Origin: Oscillospiraceae bacterium
GTDB taxonomy: Bacteria > Bacillota > Clostridia > Saccharofermentanales > Saccharofermentanaceae
Length of the DNA: 53,817 bases
Reading direction: 5' to 3'
Assembly (NCBI GenBank): GCA_902776845.1
Contig: CACYRM010000001.1
Location: 1 to 53,817, forward strand
The notes under the pieces are model-generated. The model was given only the letters and a program-made list of their open reading frames with translations, did not search any database and was not told the origin of the DNA. Shown piece by piece: positions 29,229 to 39,659 of this stretch. A program made the position numbers and the translations under genes. The first letter of the stretch is position 1; each line of letters opens with the position of its first letter.

Positions 29229-30734
29229 CTAACCGAGAAGGATCTCGCGGACTTTGCTTTCCATCTGTTCCTTATCGATAACATCCTTATGCCTTATTTC
29301 AAGAGACGGGAGTTCCGATATCGACTGCGGAATAACGAGCCCGCTCTCTTCGGCAAGTTCCGAAATGATATCCGGTATGGATTTGTTCTCGGAATAACCG
29401 GCTCCTCTCAGCGCGTCCATGACAGCAGGCGCGAACTTGAACGGTGAAGCCGTTGAGGCAAATACCGTTTTGCTCTCGTCACCGGATCTCTGATGGTATC
29501 TTCCGTAAATATTGAAGCCTACCGCGGTATGAGGATCGATGACATTGTCCGTGCGGTCATATACTTCGAGTATTGTCTTGAATACGCCCGTCTCATCGGC
29601 AAAGCCTCCGACAAAGAGCTTCTGCAATGCCTTTAATGTATCTTTGTCAACGCTGTACTTGCCTTCTTTGTTAAGCTGGCGCATCCAGTCCGTGACCTTC
29701 ACGGGATCCTTTCCCGCGATCTCGAAAAGAAGTCTTTCAAGATTGGAAGATATAAGGATATCCATAGAAGGCGAGGATGTCTTGAAGAATTCCCTGTTAC
29801 GGTCATAGATACCGCTCGAGAAGAAATCGCACAGGACCTTGTTGCGGTTGCTTGCGCAGATAAGCTTGTGGACAGGAATACCCATCTGCTTGGCAAACCA
29901 TGCGGCAAGGATATTTCCGAAGTTACCTGTCGGAACAACGATATTGAAGGACTCGGTGAGATCTATCTTTCCTCTTCTGACCAGTTCAACATATGAATAT
30001 ACATAATAAGCAATCTGAGGCGCGAGTCTGCCCCAGTTGATTGAATTAGCAGAGGACAGGAGTATGTCATGCTCGTCAAGCGTAATGGCAAATTCCAGAT
30101 CGCCGAAGATGTTCTTTACACCGGTCTGGGCATCGTCAAAGCAGCCGTTGACGGCAATTACATGAGTATTATCACCGCCTGTCGTGACCATCTGGAGCTT
30201 CTGGGCTTCAGATACTCCGCCCGTGGGATAAAAGACTATGATCTCCGTTCCGGGAAGATCCTTAAAACCTTCAAGAGCAGCCTTGCCCGTATCTCCGGAA
30301 GTAGCTGTAAGGATGCAGATCTTCTTGCCGATACCTGTCTTCTTGGCAGATGCCGTCATGAGATGAGGAAGGAGTTGGAGCGCCACATCCTTAAATGCGC
30401 ATGTGGGTCCGTGCCACAGTTCCAGAATGTATTCCCTGTCGTTATATTCGTTAAGCTGTACCAGAGGAACAGGGTTCTCACCCCACTTATCCTCAGAATA
30501 AGCCTGTCTTGTATATTCAAGGAGCTCAGCCTCTGTAAAGTCTGTAAGGAATTTGGATAAAACAAAGGCAGACAGCTGATAGAACTGCATCGTCTGCATT
30601 GCTTCAAGATCCTCTTTTGTAAGCTGGGGAACGTACTCGGGAACGAAGAGTCCGCCGTCAGGAGCAATGCCCCTTATGATGGCTTCGCTTGAAGAAAACT
30701 TTCCTTCATATCCTCTTGTACTTATATAGTTCAT
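29229..30734 (-). CDS. thrC: Threonine synthase
   Basis: YISTRG, LWHGPTCAFKD, ATSGDTG, ANSINWGR, VPTGNFGN, SPSMDI, DPHTAV. Confidence 0.95.
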   Translation of the reverse strand: MNYISTRGYEGKFSSSEAIIRGIAPDGGLFVPEYVPQLTKEDLEAMQTMQFYQLSAFVLSKFLTDFTEAELLEYTRQAYSEDKWGENPVPLVQLNEYNDREYILELWHGPTCAFKDVALQLLPHLMTASAKKTGIGKKICILTATSGDTGKAALEGFKDLPGTEIIVFYPTGGVSEAQKLQMVTTGGDNTHVIAVNGCFDDAQTGVKNIFGDLEFAITLDEHDILLSSANSINWGRLAPQIAYYVYSYVELVRRGKIDLTESFNIVVPTGNFGNILAAWFAKQMGIPVHKLICASNRNKVLCDFFSSGIYDRNREFFKTSSPSMDILISSNLERLLFEIAGKDPVKVTDWMRQLNKEGKYSVDKDTLKALQKLFVGGFADETGVFKTILEVYDRTDNVIDPHTAVGFNIYGRYHQRSGDESKTVFASTASPFKFAPAVMDALRGAGYSENKSIPDIISELAEESGLVIPQSISELPSLEIRHKDVIDKEQMESKVREILLG

Positions 30735-31726
30735 TAATCTTCATCTCCTTGAGTCTCATCATCATCGGAATCCGTATCCTCTTCCGTTTCCTGAGTCGTC
30801 GGCTCGACAATATGTGCCGTGAGCTGCGTCTCTTCCGGAGTAGTGGTCGGTTCCTCAGTCTGACTCGTTGTCGGTACCGTATCCTGCGGATCCGTTGTCC
30901 AGACAGTTCCAAAACTTGATTCATAGCCGCTCATTATCGCTGAGACTTCGGGATCATATCTGTTCTTGTAGAACTCTCCCTCCAGGTATTCAACCTTGTC
31001 TCTGGCGGAGCCTCCGGCTTCGATCTCTTTTATCAGAGGAATAATACCAAATATGATGAGGAGCGTCACTAGTAACATTGACAGAATTACAATGCCTGTA
31101 ACGACCAAAGTTTTCATCTTCTCTCTCGGAGATTTTATATCCTCAATATCTATTGAGTCATCGGGCAGTTCATCAGCGACTCCGCCGGAACGCATCATTA
31201 TATCCCTGCGCTCCCTGCTTGAAGCCATTTGAGGCGCTTCAGAGGTCTTCTGTGCTTTGGTCAGGATCGGAGCCTGGAAGTTAGCCCTTGCAGCCGGAGA
31301 AGAACCTGATGCCATCTGCGCATTCTTGAGTTTTCCCGCAATATCGGCAGGCGGAAGATCAGCAGGCGGATTCTTGATATCCTCTCTGACCATCCTTAAT
31401 GCTTCCTGAGCGATAGTCAGATACTGCTCGGTTCCGAGAACGCCCTGGATCGCAAATGTAAGGCTGCCTTCAGCCCTTTTGAACTGGCCCTCGCGCGCAA
31501 GGCAGAGTCCGAAGATCAATGCCGGATCTCCCCATTTCTGGTATTGCGCGATCAAAGGCTTTAAGAAGATCTGGGCAACATCTGTTCCGTCACCCTGACT
31601 GTTCTGTAATGCCCTGTTGTACTGGCGGACAATGCGTGACTTTTCTTCATTGCTCACATCAAAAAGAATGAGACTCGACTCATTTATAGGCTGTATCATC
31701 ATGCATAAGCTTAAATAGTCGTGCAT
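30734..31726 (-). CDS. Hypothetical membrane protein with N-terminal TPR-like helices, one TM helix and a Thr/Glu-rich tail
   Basis: YNRAL...A.IFL...LIFGLCLA TPR-like pattern; TM LVVTGIVILSMLLVTLLIIFGII; translationally coupled to both neighbours. Confidence 0.6.
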   Translation of the reverse strand: MHDYLSLCMMIQPINESSLILFDVSNEEKSRIVRQYNRALQNSQGDGTDVAQIFLKPLIAQYQKWGDPALIFGLCLAREGQFKRAEGSLTFAIQGVLGTEQYLTIAQEALRMVREDIKNPPADLPPADIAGKLKNAQMASGSSPAARANFQAPILTKAQKTSEAPQMASSRERRDIMMRSGGVADELPDDSIDIEDIKSPREKMKTLVVTGIVILSMLLVTLLIIFGIIPLIKEIEAGGSARDKVEYLEGEFYKNRYDPEVSAIMSGYESSFGTVWTTDPQDTVPTTSQTEEPTTTPEETQLTAHIVEPTTQETEEDTDSDDDETQGDED

Positions 31727-33102
31727 CAGGTCAATCCTTTCAGAGTGGCTCTTATCTGACCGGTAAGATAAAGCGATCCGGTCGCAAGAAGAATATATCC
31801 GTCGCTGACAGATTTTTCATAAGCCAGCTTCGCGCCTTCACAGGCATTCGGACAGGCCGTCAAATCGTCGCTGATATTATACACATAATTAATTTTCTGT
31901 GCGAGAACATCGGCAGGCTCGCTTCTGGGGTTGTCCGGCATTACGGTCACCGCGCTTTTAACGTTGATACCGCAGGCTTTATAGGCATCGAGAATACCCG
32001 ATACATCTTTATCGGCCATAACGCCCATCAAAAGTCTTACAGGTTTGCCTTTAAGTGAACCGCCGAGCATTTCGTTCATTGTCTCTCCGAGACTTAATGC
32101 GCCCTGGGGATTATGACCGCCGTCGATTATCACGACAGGATCGGTGCCCAGTATCTCTGCCCTGGACTTCCACCGCGCGAGAGCAATGCCTTTCCTGATC
32201 ACCTCTTCGGATATTCCGCACTTTCTTGCGGCTTCAATGGCGGTAATGGCATTGCCTATCTGATGCCTGCCGTTCAGTGCAGTCTCATAAAGGATTCCGC
32301 CGTATGTGAATTCCATCCTGCCGTCTTTTGTGAATACCGCGGTGCCGAAAGCCTCTCTTGTGCCTGCGAAAGTGATATCAACATTCTTCTCATTTGCCTT
32401 GGCGGTGAGAACCGTTCTTACATCATGCTTCATCTCTTCCGGAAGGATCATGAGATCGGGCTCAAAACATACAGCCGGTGAACCTTCCTTGAAGATCCCG
32501 GCCTTCTCTGCAGTTATTTCAGATATCGTGTTTCCGAGAACTCCGGTGTGATCAAGTCCTAACGCGGTAATGACAGTAACCAGCGGATCCCTGATGACAT
32601 TAGTCGAATCAAGTCTTCCTCCGAGACCTGTTTCCAGAACCGCAACATCAACCTTACTGTCAGCAAAATACAGGAAACATATTGCCGTGATGAGTTCGAA
32701 CTCGGTAGGCTCATCGCACAGGCCTTTTTCGACCATCTGTTCTCTGGCCTTTCTTACCATATCCGAATATTTATCAAGATCGGCCTGATCTATCTCTCCG
32801 GCTGAATCATCTTCAACGTAACGGTTAAGACCATCTCTTCCTTCTATTATCCTGATCCGCTCGGAAAAGCGCTCGAGATAAGGCGAAGTAAAAACTCCAA
32901 CCTTCTTACCGTCTGCCGCCATTATGGATGAAATATAAGCTGCCACAGAACCTTTACCGTTGGTTCCCGCGATATGAACAGACCTGAATCTGTTCTGCGG
33001 ATTACCCAGGAGATCCATGAGACAGGTTATGCGTTCAAGACCGGGCTTGATCCCGAATTTTAAGGCTCCCGTAAGGACTTCCGGTATCTTATTGTCAGGC
33101 AT
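31726..33102 (-). CDS. folC: Folylpolyglutamate synthase/dihydrofolate synthase
   Basis: HIAGTNGKGS, FTSPYL, ETGLGGRLDSTN, DGGHNP, TGSLY; likely start MPDNK at 33102. Confidence 0.93.
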   Translation of the reverse strand: MPDNKIPEVLTGALKFGIKPGLERITCLMDLLGNPQNRFRSVHIAGTNGKGSVAAYISSIMAADGKKVGVFTSPYLERFSERIRIIEGRDGLNRYVEDDSAGEIDQADLDKYSDMVRKAREQMVEKGLCDEPTEFELITAICFLYFADSKVDVAVLETGLGGRLDSTNVIRDPLVTVITALGLDHTGVLGNTISEITAEKAGIFKEGSPAVCFEPDLMILPEEMKHDVRTVLTAKANEKNVDITFAGTREAFGTAVFTKDGRMEFTYGGILYETALNGRHQIGNAITAIEAARKCGISEEVIRKGIALARWKSRAEILGTDPVVIIDGGHNPQGALSLGETMNEMLGGSLKGKPVRLLMGVMADKDVSGILDAYKACGINVKSAVTVMPDNPRSEPADVLAQKINYVYNISDDLTACPNACEGAKLAYEKSVSDGYILLATGSLYLTGQIRATLKGLT

Positions 33103-33685
33103 CTGTCTCTGCCTTCCCGGAAGCAGTCTCTTCTCCCGAACTGTAATCAACCATATCCTTCTTTTTAAAGACCATAAGCTTGCTCAGGACATAGTTGGCA
33201 ATGATAACGAAAATGCAGTTGATGAGTTTTACGAGATAATCATATGTAAATGCAAAAGAACCGATATAACCCATAGGTGTCGATACGGGCACCTTCGTGA
33301 TCATCTCGCAGATCCAAACCATGAGATACATAACTCCCAATTCAAGCACAACAAATGACAGCACTCTTGCGCCTGCAAAAGTTAAGAGTTCTCTCATTAT
33401 CTTTCCTTTGGATCTGAATACCGTGATCCTGTTGAGGAAATAAGCTACGATAACAGCCACGATCCAGCCGACGATCTGTTTTACCGCGATCTTCAAAGAG
33501 AATTCAAAACTGAAGATATGAAGCGTCATATCTGCTTTTACCAGCAGATCAAAGAGAATATATACTACCCAGTTTGCAACAGTAGTAAGACCGCCGCTGA
33601 CCAGATACATAAATAACTTACGTGTTTTTTCCTGTTTCTCGGTAAGGCTTTTATCACCGAAAACTATTGTCTTGATCAAACCCAT
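33095..33685 (-). CDS. GtrA-family protein (lipid-linked sugar flippase-like)
   Basis: YLVSGGLTTVANW, AYFLNRITVF, F..AR, NYVLSKLMVF. Confidence 0.85.
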   Translation of the reverse strand: MGLIKTIVFGDKSLTEKQEKTRKLFMYLVSGGLTTVANWVVYILFDLLVKADMTLHIFSFEFSLKIAVKQIVGWIVAVIVAYFLNRITVFRSKGKIMRELLTFAGARVLSFVVLELGVMYLMVWICEMITKVPVSTPMGYIGSFAFTYDYLVKLINCIFVIIANYVLSKLMVFKKKDMVDYSSGEETASGKAETDA

Positions 33686-33696
33686 ATCTGATTCCT

Positions 33697-35175
33697 TTAT
33701 ACCCGCTTCGGTCTCGGATTCGTTCTGTCAGAGACCATTCTTTTTACAATATATACGGTAATAGTTATTATGACCGCCTCAATAATAGCAACAACAAGGA
33801 AAACGTCAAACAGATATGAATACAAAAGCTCGGCTTTTTTATCCGCAAATCTGTAAAGGCTGATGGAACCCGTGATCTTGTCATAGTAATAAAAATCACA
33901 AATGCCGCTCTCATCAGAAAGATAAATAATAAAATCCCCGTCTTTGTTGGAATAACCCGGTAAGACTATCGAACCCGTATCAAATGTCTCAGGCTTAAAC
34001 TCGTCAGGGATCACGACAGAGGAAGGAATATCCGCAAGCTTAAGGATCTGTGAAGTCTCAATGATGGTTTTTTCAGGTTCATATCTCCTGACTGTTTTCG
34101 CGGAGCTGTTATAGAAATAAAATCCGGGTGACTGTGTTCCGTCAAACAGATACAGCAAAACGCTGGTCACGCCGTCTCTGGTATACACGGGAACACTGTA
34201 TCCGTTAATGTACCTTGTCGTCTGGGTAAAGCCTGAAGGAATGACCGCATCATTCGGAGCATCAAGGAACGTGTATGTATTGCCGTCCAGATCGACTAAG
34301 GACGCGTTATTCGGGACATCACTTTCCCTTCGCTCGACATGGATCGTGTAACGCATATGGCTTGAGCCGTCCTGTGCGGTAACATTTATGCTTACGATAT
34401 TCTCGCCTATGTTCAGATGCTGGTTGCCGTCAATTATGACCGCAGCCCAAAGATTGTTTGCTATTACATTTACCTGGACCTCGGATACAGAACGTTCGAC
34501 AGAACAGCTGTAATCCGTGATGTTCGGATTGAATTCGGGAGTGATGGTGGCACCCCTTATCTTCAAAGACGCGATCGTCGCGTCACTTGAAAGTCCGGTC
34601 CTTGTTATCGGGAGAGTAACTCCGCTGCCGGTCCTGGCCGTTATATTCTCAGCAGGGGAAGTAAACTCGCCCGCATCACCGATCCAGCAGTCAACTTCAC
34701 CGTTGCTTTCGGGGAGCAGCCTGAGAACGACCGAGAACAGAACGACCTGATATTCGGAACGGAAAGACGCGGTAATTACCTCATCGCCGCTCTCATCCAC
34801 ACTGACGCTTGACATCTGATCCTTGGCCGTGACCGTCAGGGTCCCGTCTACCTTGGTCTCGTAAAACACATAGCTTGTGAGATCTTTTCCCTGTTCAAAT
34901 GATATATAGTCAGCCTTGTCCGAATCGAAATTGAATTCTACCGGACCGAATTCCGTAATACCCGGAAGCCAGTTCGCGACTACATCAACGATAAGGATAT
35001 CTCCCGGACCGATACTGTTCTGTCTGGTTATTGCGGATACAACCACTTCGGAATCCGCTCTTACATTAACGCCCAAACAGGAAAGCATGAAGACTGAAGC
35101 GAAGACAAAAGCAAATAAAGCCGGCAAGATCTTTGCAGGTGACGCGGTTTTCTTCCTTTCAGTCTTTTTTCTCAT
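33697..35175 (-). CDS. Secreted, C-terminally anchored protein with cohesin-like and cadherin-like beta-sandwich domains
   Basis: Signal peptide ending VRA/D; SSDATIASLKI..TPEFNPNITDY...GENIVSINVTAQDG...YTIHV; C-terminal TM plus basic tail. Confidence 0.7.
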   Translation of the reverse strand: MRKKTERKKTASPAKILPALFAFVFASVFMLSCLGVNVRADSEVVVSAITRQNSIGPGDILIVDVVANWLPGITEFGPVEFNFDSDKADYISFEQGKDLTSYVFYETKVDGTLTVTAKDQMSSVSVDESGDEVITASFRSEYQVVLFSVVLRLLPESNGEVDCWIGDAGEFTSPAENITARTGSGVTLPITRTGLSSDATIASLKIRGATITPEFNPNITDYSCSVERSVSEVQVNVIANNLWAAVIIDGNQHLNIGENIVSINVTAQDGSSHMRYTIHVERRESDVPNNASLVDLDGNTYTFLDAPNDAVIPSGFTQTTRYINGYSVPVYTRDGVTSVLLYLFDGTQSPGFYFYNSSAKTVRRYEPEKTIIETSQILKLADIPSSVVIPDEFKPETFDTGSIVLPGYSNKDGDFIIYLSDESGICDFYYYDKITGSISLYRFADKKAELLYSYLFDVFLVVAIIEAVIITITVYIVKRMVSDRTNPRPKRV

Positions 35176-37703
35176 TCAGGCAGGCTCCCGTAAGCTTCAG
35201 GCATATTCTTGTATACCGGTATTATGAATTCAAATCCGGCATCTGTCATTCCTATTGAATCATAACTCCTGTAATATCTCATACCCTCAGAATAAGCCAT
35301 CATTATATTCTGCGCGTATTGATGATCGTACTTATCCGTTCCGTCATCGAGCACGTCAAATTTCTGGAAATAAAGGGTATTCTGTCCTTTTTCTATATAT
35401 CCGGCAGCAATCCATACGGCACCGCCCTTGATCGCCCTTTCTACAGATGTCCATGGAAGAAGATATGAAGCTTCGGTATCAGTTATCTCCTGCCCTTCCC
35501 AGTCTCTGCCCCACTGGGCATATTTAGCGCCGTTGACCACAGCGCCGCCGGGTTCTGTTGTGGCATACGCACCGATATTGTAATAGTTGTAGTATCCTTC
35601 GTAACCGGTAAGGTCTCCTCTGGAAAGAGCCGATTCACCTCTGTATCCCATCTCCTGGATTATCCTGCTAGCAAGAAAATACGGTGACACACCGGCATAC
35701 TCTCCTGCCTCATAGATTATCTGAGCATAATCATAATCCGGGGAGCCGTCCATAAACGTTCCTCTTATGATCTCCCTGACGCCTTCCACGGTATGCACAG
35801 CAGGATCGAACCCGAGCATTTCGAACGCAAAGATCTTTTCAGGGGTCAGGAAATTTCTGGGATCCATAAAATAACTTACGACTTCCGTTCTCGCGAGCAT
35901 CCAGTCAGGCTTGTCATACACCTCACTGTTGGGCTTTACATAAGCCGGATATGAGGAATACTGGATAAGGCTCCTGGCCTTGCTGTCCTCCGCCGCAAGC
36001 GCAGTGTCAAACTGAAGATTCGTATTGTAAGGCGTGAAAATGTATTCAGGCTTAAGGCTGTGAATAAGCCACAATCCGCTGAAATAACTCACAGGAAATT
36101 TTGAAAGAGTATTCTCGCTGAAATCTCCTTCGTCATCACCGTTCAAGAGATAGAACGAATAGCTTTCTGATGTTCCGTCAAAACCGGTAACCGTACATGT
36201 TATGACAGTTTCTCCGGAAGGAACATCAAAGAGCTGTCCCTGTTCAAGCGCATATTCCCCGCCTTCAGAATGTGCCGTGATCTTCACATCCGCCGAATAA
36301 CCTTCAAGAGGCGTGCATCTGAAGGCAATGCTCTTCGAATTCTTCATATAGTAAGCGTAATCACGTGTAAGGAAATCAAAATCAGGATATATATCCAGGA
36401 ACCTGTCAGGTTCGGAATCATTGATGACACAGGAAGAAAGTGCGCCGTTTATCGGAATGATACCTGCTTTCTTTCTCTCAACCTCATAAGTTATCCTGTC
36501 ACGGTCCGTGAGCTTTACCTTACCGCTGCCGGCATCTCCCGTGACTGCCATATAACTTCCGTCAAAGTAAGCGCATTCCCTTGACTGTATCATCGTAAAA
36601 TCTATATCCTTCTCAATGTCGGATCCCGAACCGGTCCTGCTGACGCAGACATAAAAACAGTTCGAGACGCCTGATATGCCGGTCTCCCGGACAACGGAAT
36701 CCGTATCCTGTTTCCTGCCTCTCAGCATTGCATAGGGTATACCGGGATTCTCGTTCGTTCCGATAAGATTGCCCTTCAGGTCATAAAGAGAAACCCTTAT
36801 ATCATCAGTCAGGCCCGCGAAATTGATATAGCAGTCACTGTCTCCGCAGTCGATCATGTACCAGGCGGTGGAATTGCCGCTCGGGACAAGACCCTCTGCC
36901 ACAGAACCCGGATAGATGGAGACCTTGTTCGGGATCGTGATCTCACCGCCGGATATCACCGTTCCTCTTCCGTCAGAGCTTCTTAACAGCGCATATACTT
37001 CATGTCTTCCGGGGGCGCAGTCCGCAGTATCCCATGACAATACAAATTCACGGTAATCAGATCCGGATTTTGTATCACCGGTAAAATTCAGATAACCATA
37101 ATAAAGCGAACCGTCAACGAAAAAGTCTGTCCTGACCTCATCACCCGTTGCCGTATATGAACCCGCTGCTTCCCTGATACCGACTGTATACTGTTCAGGC
37201 GAATCGATCGTGGATTCAAGAGTTACATTCGAGATAACTGAGCCTTTACCTGAAGGAGTGCCGGATGCACCGAGATCCCTGCCGGCTGAAGATACTGCCC
37301 TGTCTATTGCTTCGATCCTCGAATGGCCCTTAAGGTCTTCCAGTATGTAATTTACCTCATCCTGACGGAACTCGCCGTAAACGACATTGCAGAGATCTGA
37401 AGCAAACTTATCATCCGATACGCCTGTCAGCAGATACTCGGGAGATGTCATGACCGAGATAACATAATCTCCGCAGGATAAAAGCCCTTCCTCAACACGT
37501 GATCCGGCGATCTTAAGTTCCTCACCGGAACTGGATGTAAGGGCACCGGCACGGAGGACCATATCACCTGCTTTTCCGGCGTTCTTTCTGTCAAGTTCTG
37601 AAATGCCTGTATCAAGGCTCATTACAACAAAGGCTGATGCGGCTACAGCCAGTAATCCGCTTAGAGCCGCAACTGCAAAATACTCGGGACGTCTTACAAA
37701 CAT
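35172..37703 (-). CDS. Multidomain peptidoglycan hydrolase with C-terminal LytD/GH73-like N-acetylglucosaminidase domain
   Basis: YFMDPRNFL, VSPYFLASRIIQEMG, YNYYNIGA, GQNTLYFQKF, HQYAQNI; N-terminal hydrophobic segment and Ig/cadherin-like domains. Confidence 0.75.
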   Translation of the reverse strand: MFVRRPEYFAVAALSGLLAVAASAFVVMSLDTGISELDRKNAGKAGDMVLRAGALTSSSGEELKIAGSRVEEGLLSCGDYVISVMTSPEYLLTGVSDDKFASDLCNVVYGEFRQDEVNYILEDLKGHSRIEAIDRAVSSAGRDLGASGTPSGKGSVISNVTLESTIDSPEQYTVGIREAAGSYTATGDEVRTDFFVDGSLYYGYLNFTGDTKSGSDYREFVLSWDTADCAPGRHEVYALLRSSDGRGTVISGGEITIPNKVSIYPGSVAEGLVPSGNSTAWYMIDCGDSDCYINFAGLTDDIRVSLYDLKGNLIGTNENPGIPYAMLRGRKQDTDSVVRETGISGVSNCFYVCVSRTGSGSDIEKDIDFTMIQSRECAYFDGSYMAVTGDAGSGKVKLTDRDRITYEVERKKAGIIPINGALSSCVINDSEPDRFLDIYPDFDFLTRDYAYYMKNSKSIAFRCTPLEGYSADVKITAHSEGGEYALEQGQLFDVPSGETVITCTVTGFDGTSESYSFYLLNGDDEGDFSENTLSKFPVSYFSGLWLIHSLKPEYIFTPYNTNLQFDTALAAEDSKARSLIQYSSYPAYVKPNSEVYDKPDWMLARTEVVSYFMDPRNFLTPEKIFAFEMLGFDPAVHTVEGVREIIRGTFMDGSPDYDYAQIIYEAGEYAGVSPYFLASRIIQEMGYRGESALSRGDLTGYEGYYNYYNIGAYATTEPGGAVVNGAKYAQWGRDWEGQEITDTEASYLLPWTSVERAIKGGAVWIAAGYIEKGQNTLYFQKFDVLDDGTDKYDHQYAQNIMMAYSEGMRYYRSYDSIGMTDAGFEFIIPVYKNMPEAYGSLPE

Positions 37704-37706
37704 CTG

Positions 37707-38342
37707 TTAAGTATCCCTCCCGGTTATCTTGTCTAATGTGTAACCGTACGAAGGAACAAAATGTTCCATAAAATATTCCACCTCAGGCATATTCATGCCG
37801 CGGATGATCCTGCCCGTCGATTCCTTTGCCGCGGAAAATTCAGCGTTCCCGCTGCTCTCTTCCCTGAGACATTTTATATATGCGGCGATCTTGTCCGCAG
37901 CCTTGACCAGTTTATGGATAAGCTTTTCCTCTTCACTTGTCACCGACGGTGCCAGAAGTTCGAGATATTCAGCTCTCATTTCCTCATCTTCCGGCAAAAG
38001 CTCGACCAGACTTGCGGCCGCTTCGGATTCGACTTCCTTATAAGCTTTTGTGATCTCCTTATTGCGGTACTTGATCGGAGTGGGAAGATCCCCTGTCAGT
38101 ATCTCGGTACAGTCGTGATAAAGGGCATATGCCTGTACCCTGTACGGATCTGGCAGGATAGCGTCCTTGTTATCTTTTTCGAATCTGTTATGAAGGACAG
38201 CCAGCGCATGGGCGATGACCGCGACATCAAAACTGTGTTCCTTTATATTCTCTGTCCTGCTGTTGCGCATCAGTGCCCATCTTTCGATATACTGCATGCG
38301 GTCCAGCATCGCGAAAAAACCGTATTCTTCCTTATTTCCCAT
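37707..38342 (-). CDS. yfbR: 5'-deoxynucleotidase, HD family
   Basis: RWALMRN..ENIKEHS, LYHDCTEILTGDLPTPIKY, VKAADKIAAYIKC, GNAEF. Confidence 0.88.
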   Translation of the reverse strand: MGNKEEYGFFAMLDRMQYIERWALMRNSRTENIKEHSFDVAVIAHALAVLHNRFEKDNKDAILPDPYRVQAYALYHDCTEILTGDLPTPIKYRNKEITKAYKEVESEAAASLVELLPEDEEMRAEYLELLAPSVTSEEEKLIHKLVKAADKIAAYIKCLREESSGNAEFSAAKESTGRIIRGMNMPEVEYFMEHFVPSYGYTLDKITGRDT

Positions 38343-38356
38343 TTTTCAGCTCCCCG

Positions 38357-39586
38357 TCAGCTCTTATATATTTCGTTAAAGCAGCCTACAGCAAACGAAT
38401 CCGTCATTCCGGCAATATAGTCGGATACATAGATCGGAAGAGGCGTATTCTCATTTGCCCTGAACTCGGGATGGTTATATACGAATTCGGCAAATTTCCT
38501 TATCGCCGGCGACTTTGAATCAGCTGCCTTGCTGATATTCTGCACTGCCTCGTAAAAGGCGTCGAAAAGACCTTCGAGCATAACATCGCAGTACTTCTCG
38601 TAGGTCTTTACTTTTGATGTGGTATATATCTTTTTGACATTATCATTCAGCGTGTGTTCCAACGCATCTCCGGCATGATCGCTTATCATGATGCAGCCCT
38701 TGTCCATACTGTTCTCGATGATATCCTGGACCAGAAAATTAATGATCTCGGAATTCGAGCTCCCCATAACATCGGAAACGGCAGTAATATCAAATTCACT
38801 GGCGATCACACCCGTTCTTAACGCGTCTTCGATATCCCTTCCGACATAAGCGATCTTGTCCGCGAATCTGACGACGCAGCCCTCCAAAGTAGCCGGGACC
38901 TTACGATCCTTTTTGGGGATCAGATAAGAGATATCCGCTTCAGTCTTATCCCTGCAGGGCTCGAGCTTCCTCTCGGAAAAAACTTCACCGCAGTGCGAGA
39001 TTATTCCGTCTCTGACCTCGAATGTAAGATTAAGACCGTTATTGCCGTTATGCTTTTCGATTATGTCGAGAACGCGCAGACCGTTGGATTCATGTTCAAA
39101 ATAGAGCCTGCTGTCGATCTCCTTAAGCTTTTTGTTAATGATCCTCTCGCCGCTGTGTCCGAAAGGCGTATGACCGACATCGTGACCCAAAGCAATAGCC
39201 CTGATAAGATCGACATTCAGATTCAGAGCGGTTCCTATTGTAGACGCGATATAATCGACATAGATGACATGTTCAAGACGGGAACAGATGTGATCATTGG
39301 AAGGATTGAAGAAGACCTGTGTCTTGTGCTTGAGACGCCTGAAGGCCTGTGAATAGATGATCCTTCCCATGTCACGCTGAAAGCAGTTCCTGATGTCTCC
39401 GTCCTTTTCAGTGAACACCCGGCCTTTTGACTGGGAACACTTTGTGGCATTAACGCTTAATATCTTATCGCGCTCAGCCTGAAGCATCCTGATCTTGGCC
39501 TTTGTCGCTTCAGATATCTTGTCTGACTTGCCGATACTGGCTACGCTGTCAGCATAAAGGTCCTGGAAACTGAGATTATCTGACAT
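38357..39586 (-). CDS. dgt: dGTP triphosphohydrolase-like HD protein
   Basis: FQRD..RI..S.AFRRLKHKTQV, RLEH, GHDVGHTPFGHSGE, FEHE, ADKIAY..DIED, DYIAGMTD. Confidence 0.85.
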   Translation of the reverse strand: MSDNLSFQDLYADSVASIGKSDKISEATKAKIRMLQAERDKILSVNATKCSQSKGRVFTEKDGDIRNCFQRDMGRIIYSQAFRRLKHKTQVFFNPSNDHICSRLEHVIYVDYIASTIGTALNLNVDLIRAIALGHDVGHTPFGHSGERIINKKLKEIDSRLYFEHESNGLRVLDIIEKHNGNNGLNLTFEVRDGIISHCGEVFSERKLEPCRDKTEADISYLIPKKDRKVPATLEGCVVRFADKIAYVGRDIEDALRTGVIASEFDITAVSDVMGSSNSEIINFLVQDIIENSMDKGCIMISDHAGDALEHTLNDNVKKIYTTSKVKTYEKYCDVMLEGLFDAFYEAVQNISKAADSKSPAIRKFAEFVYNHPEFRANENTPLPIYVSDYIAGMTDSFAVGCFNEIYKS

Positions 39587-39659
39587 CAGCTATAGTCTCC
39601 TTCTAATACACAGTTGGATTATTATACTACAAAAGACATGTCCACTTCTCGGCAAAACC

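Noticed and set aside
29240-29256. Possible PyrR-binding loop (AGTCCGCGAGAT) at the thrC 3' end
   Set aside because: Does not fit ARUCCNGNGAGGYU in spacing or 3' bases, and it is coding sequence
32790-32850. ~15-aa insertion in FolC (EGRDGLNRYVEDDSA)
   Set aside because: Probably a lineage-specific surface loop; catalytic motifs are intact
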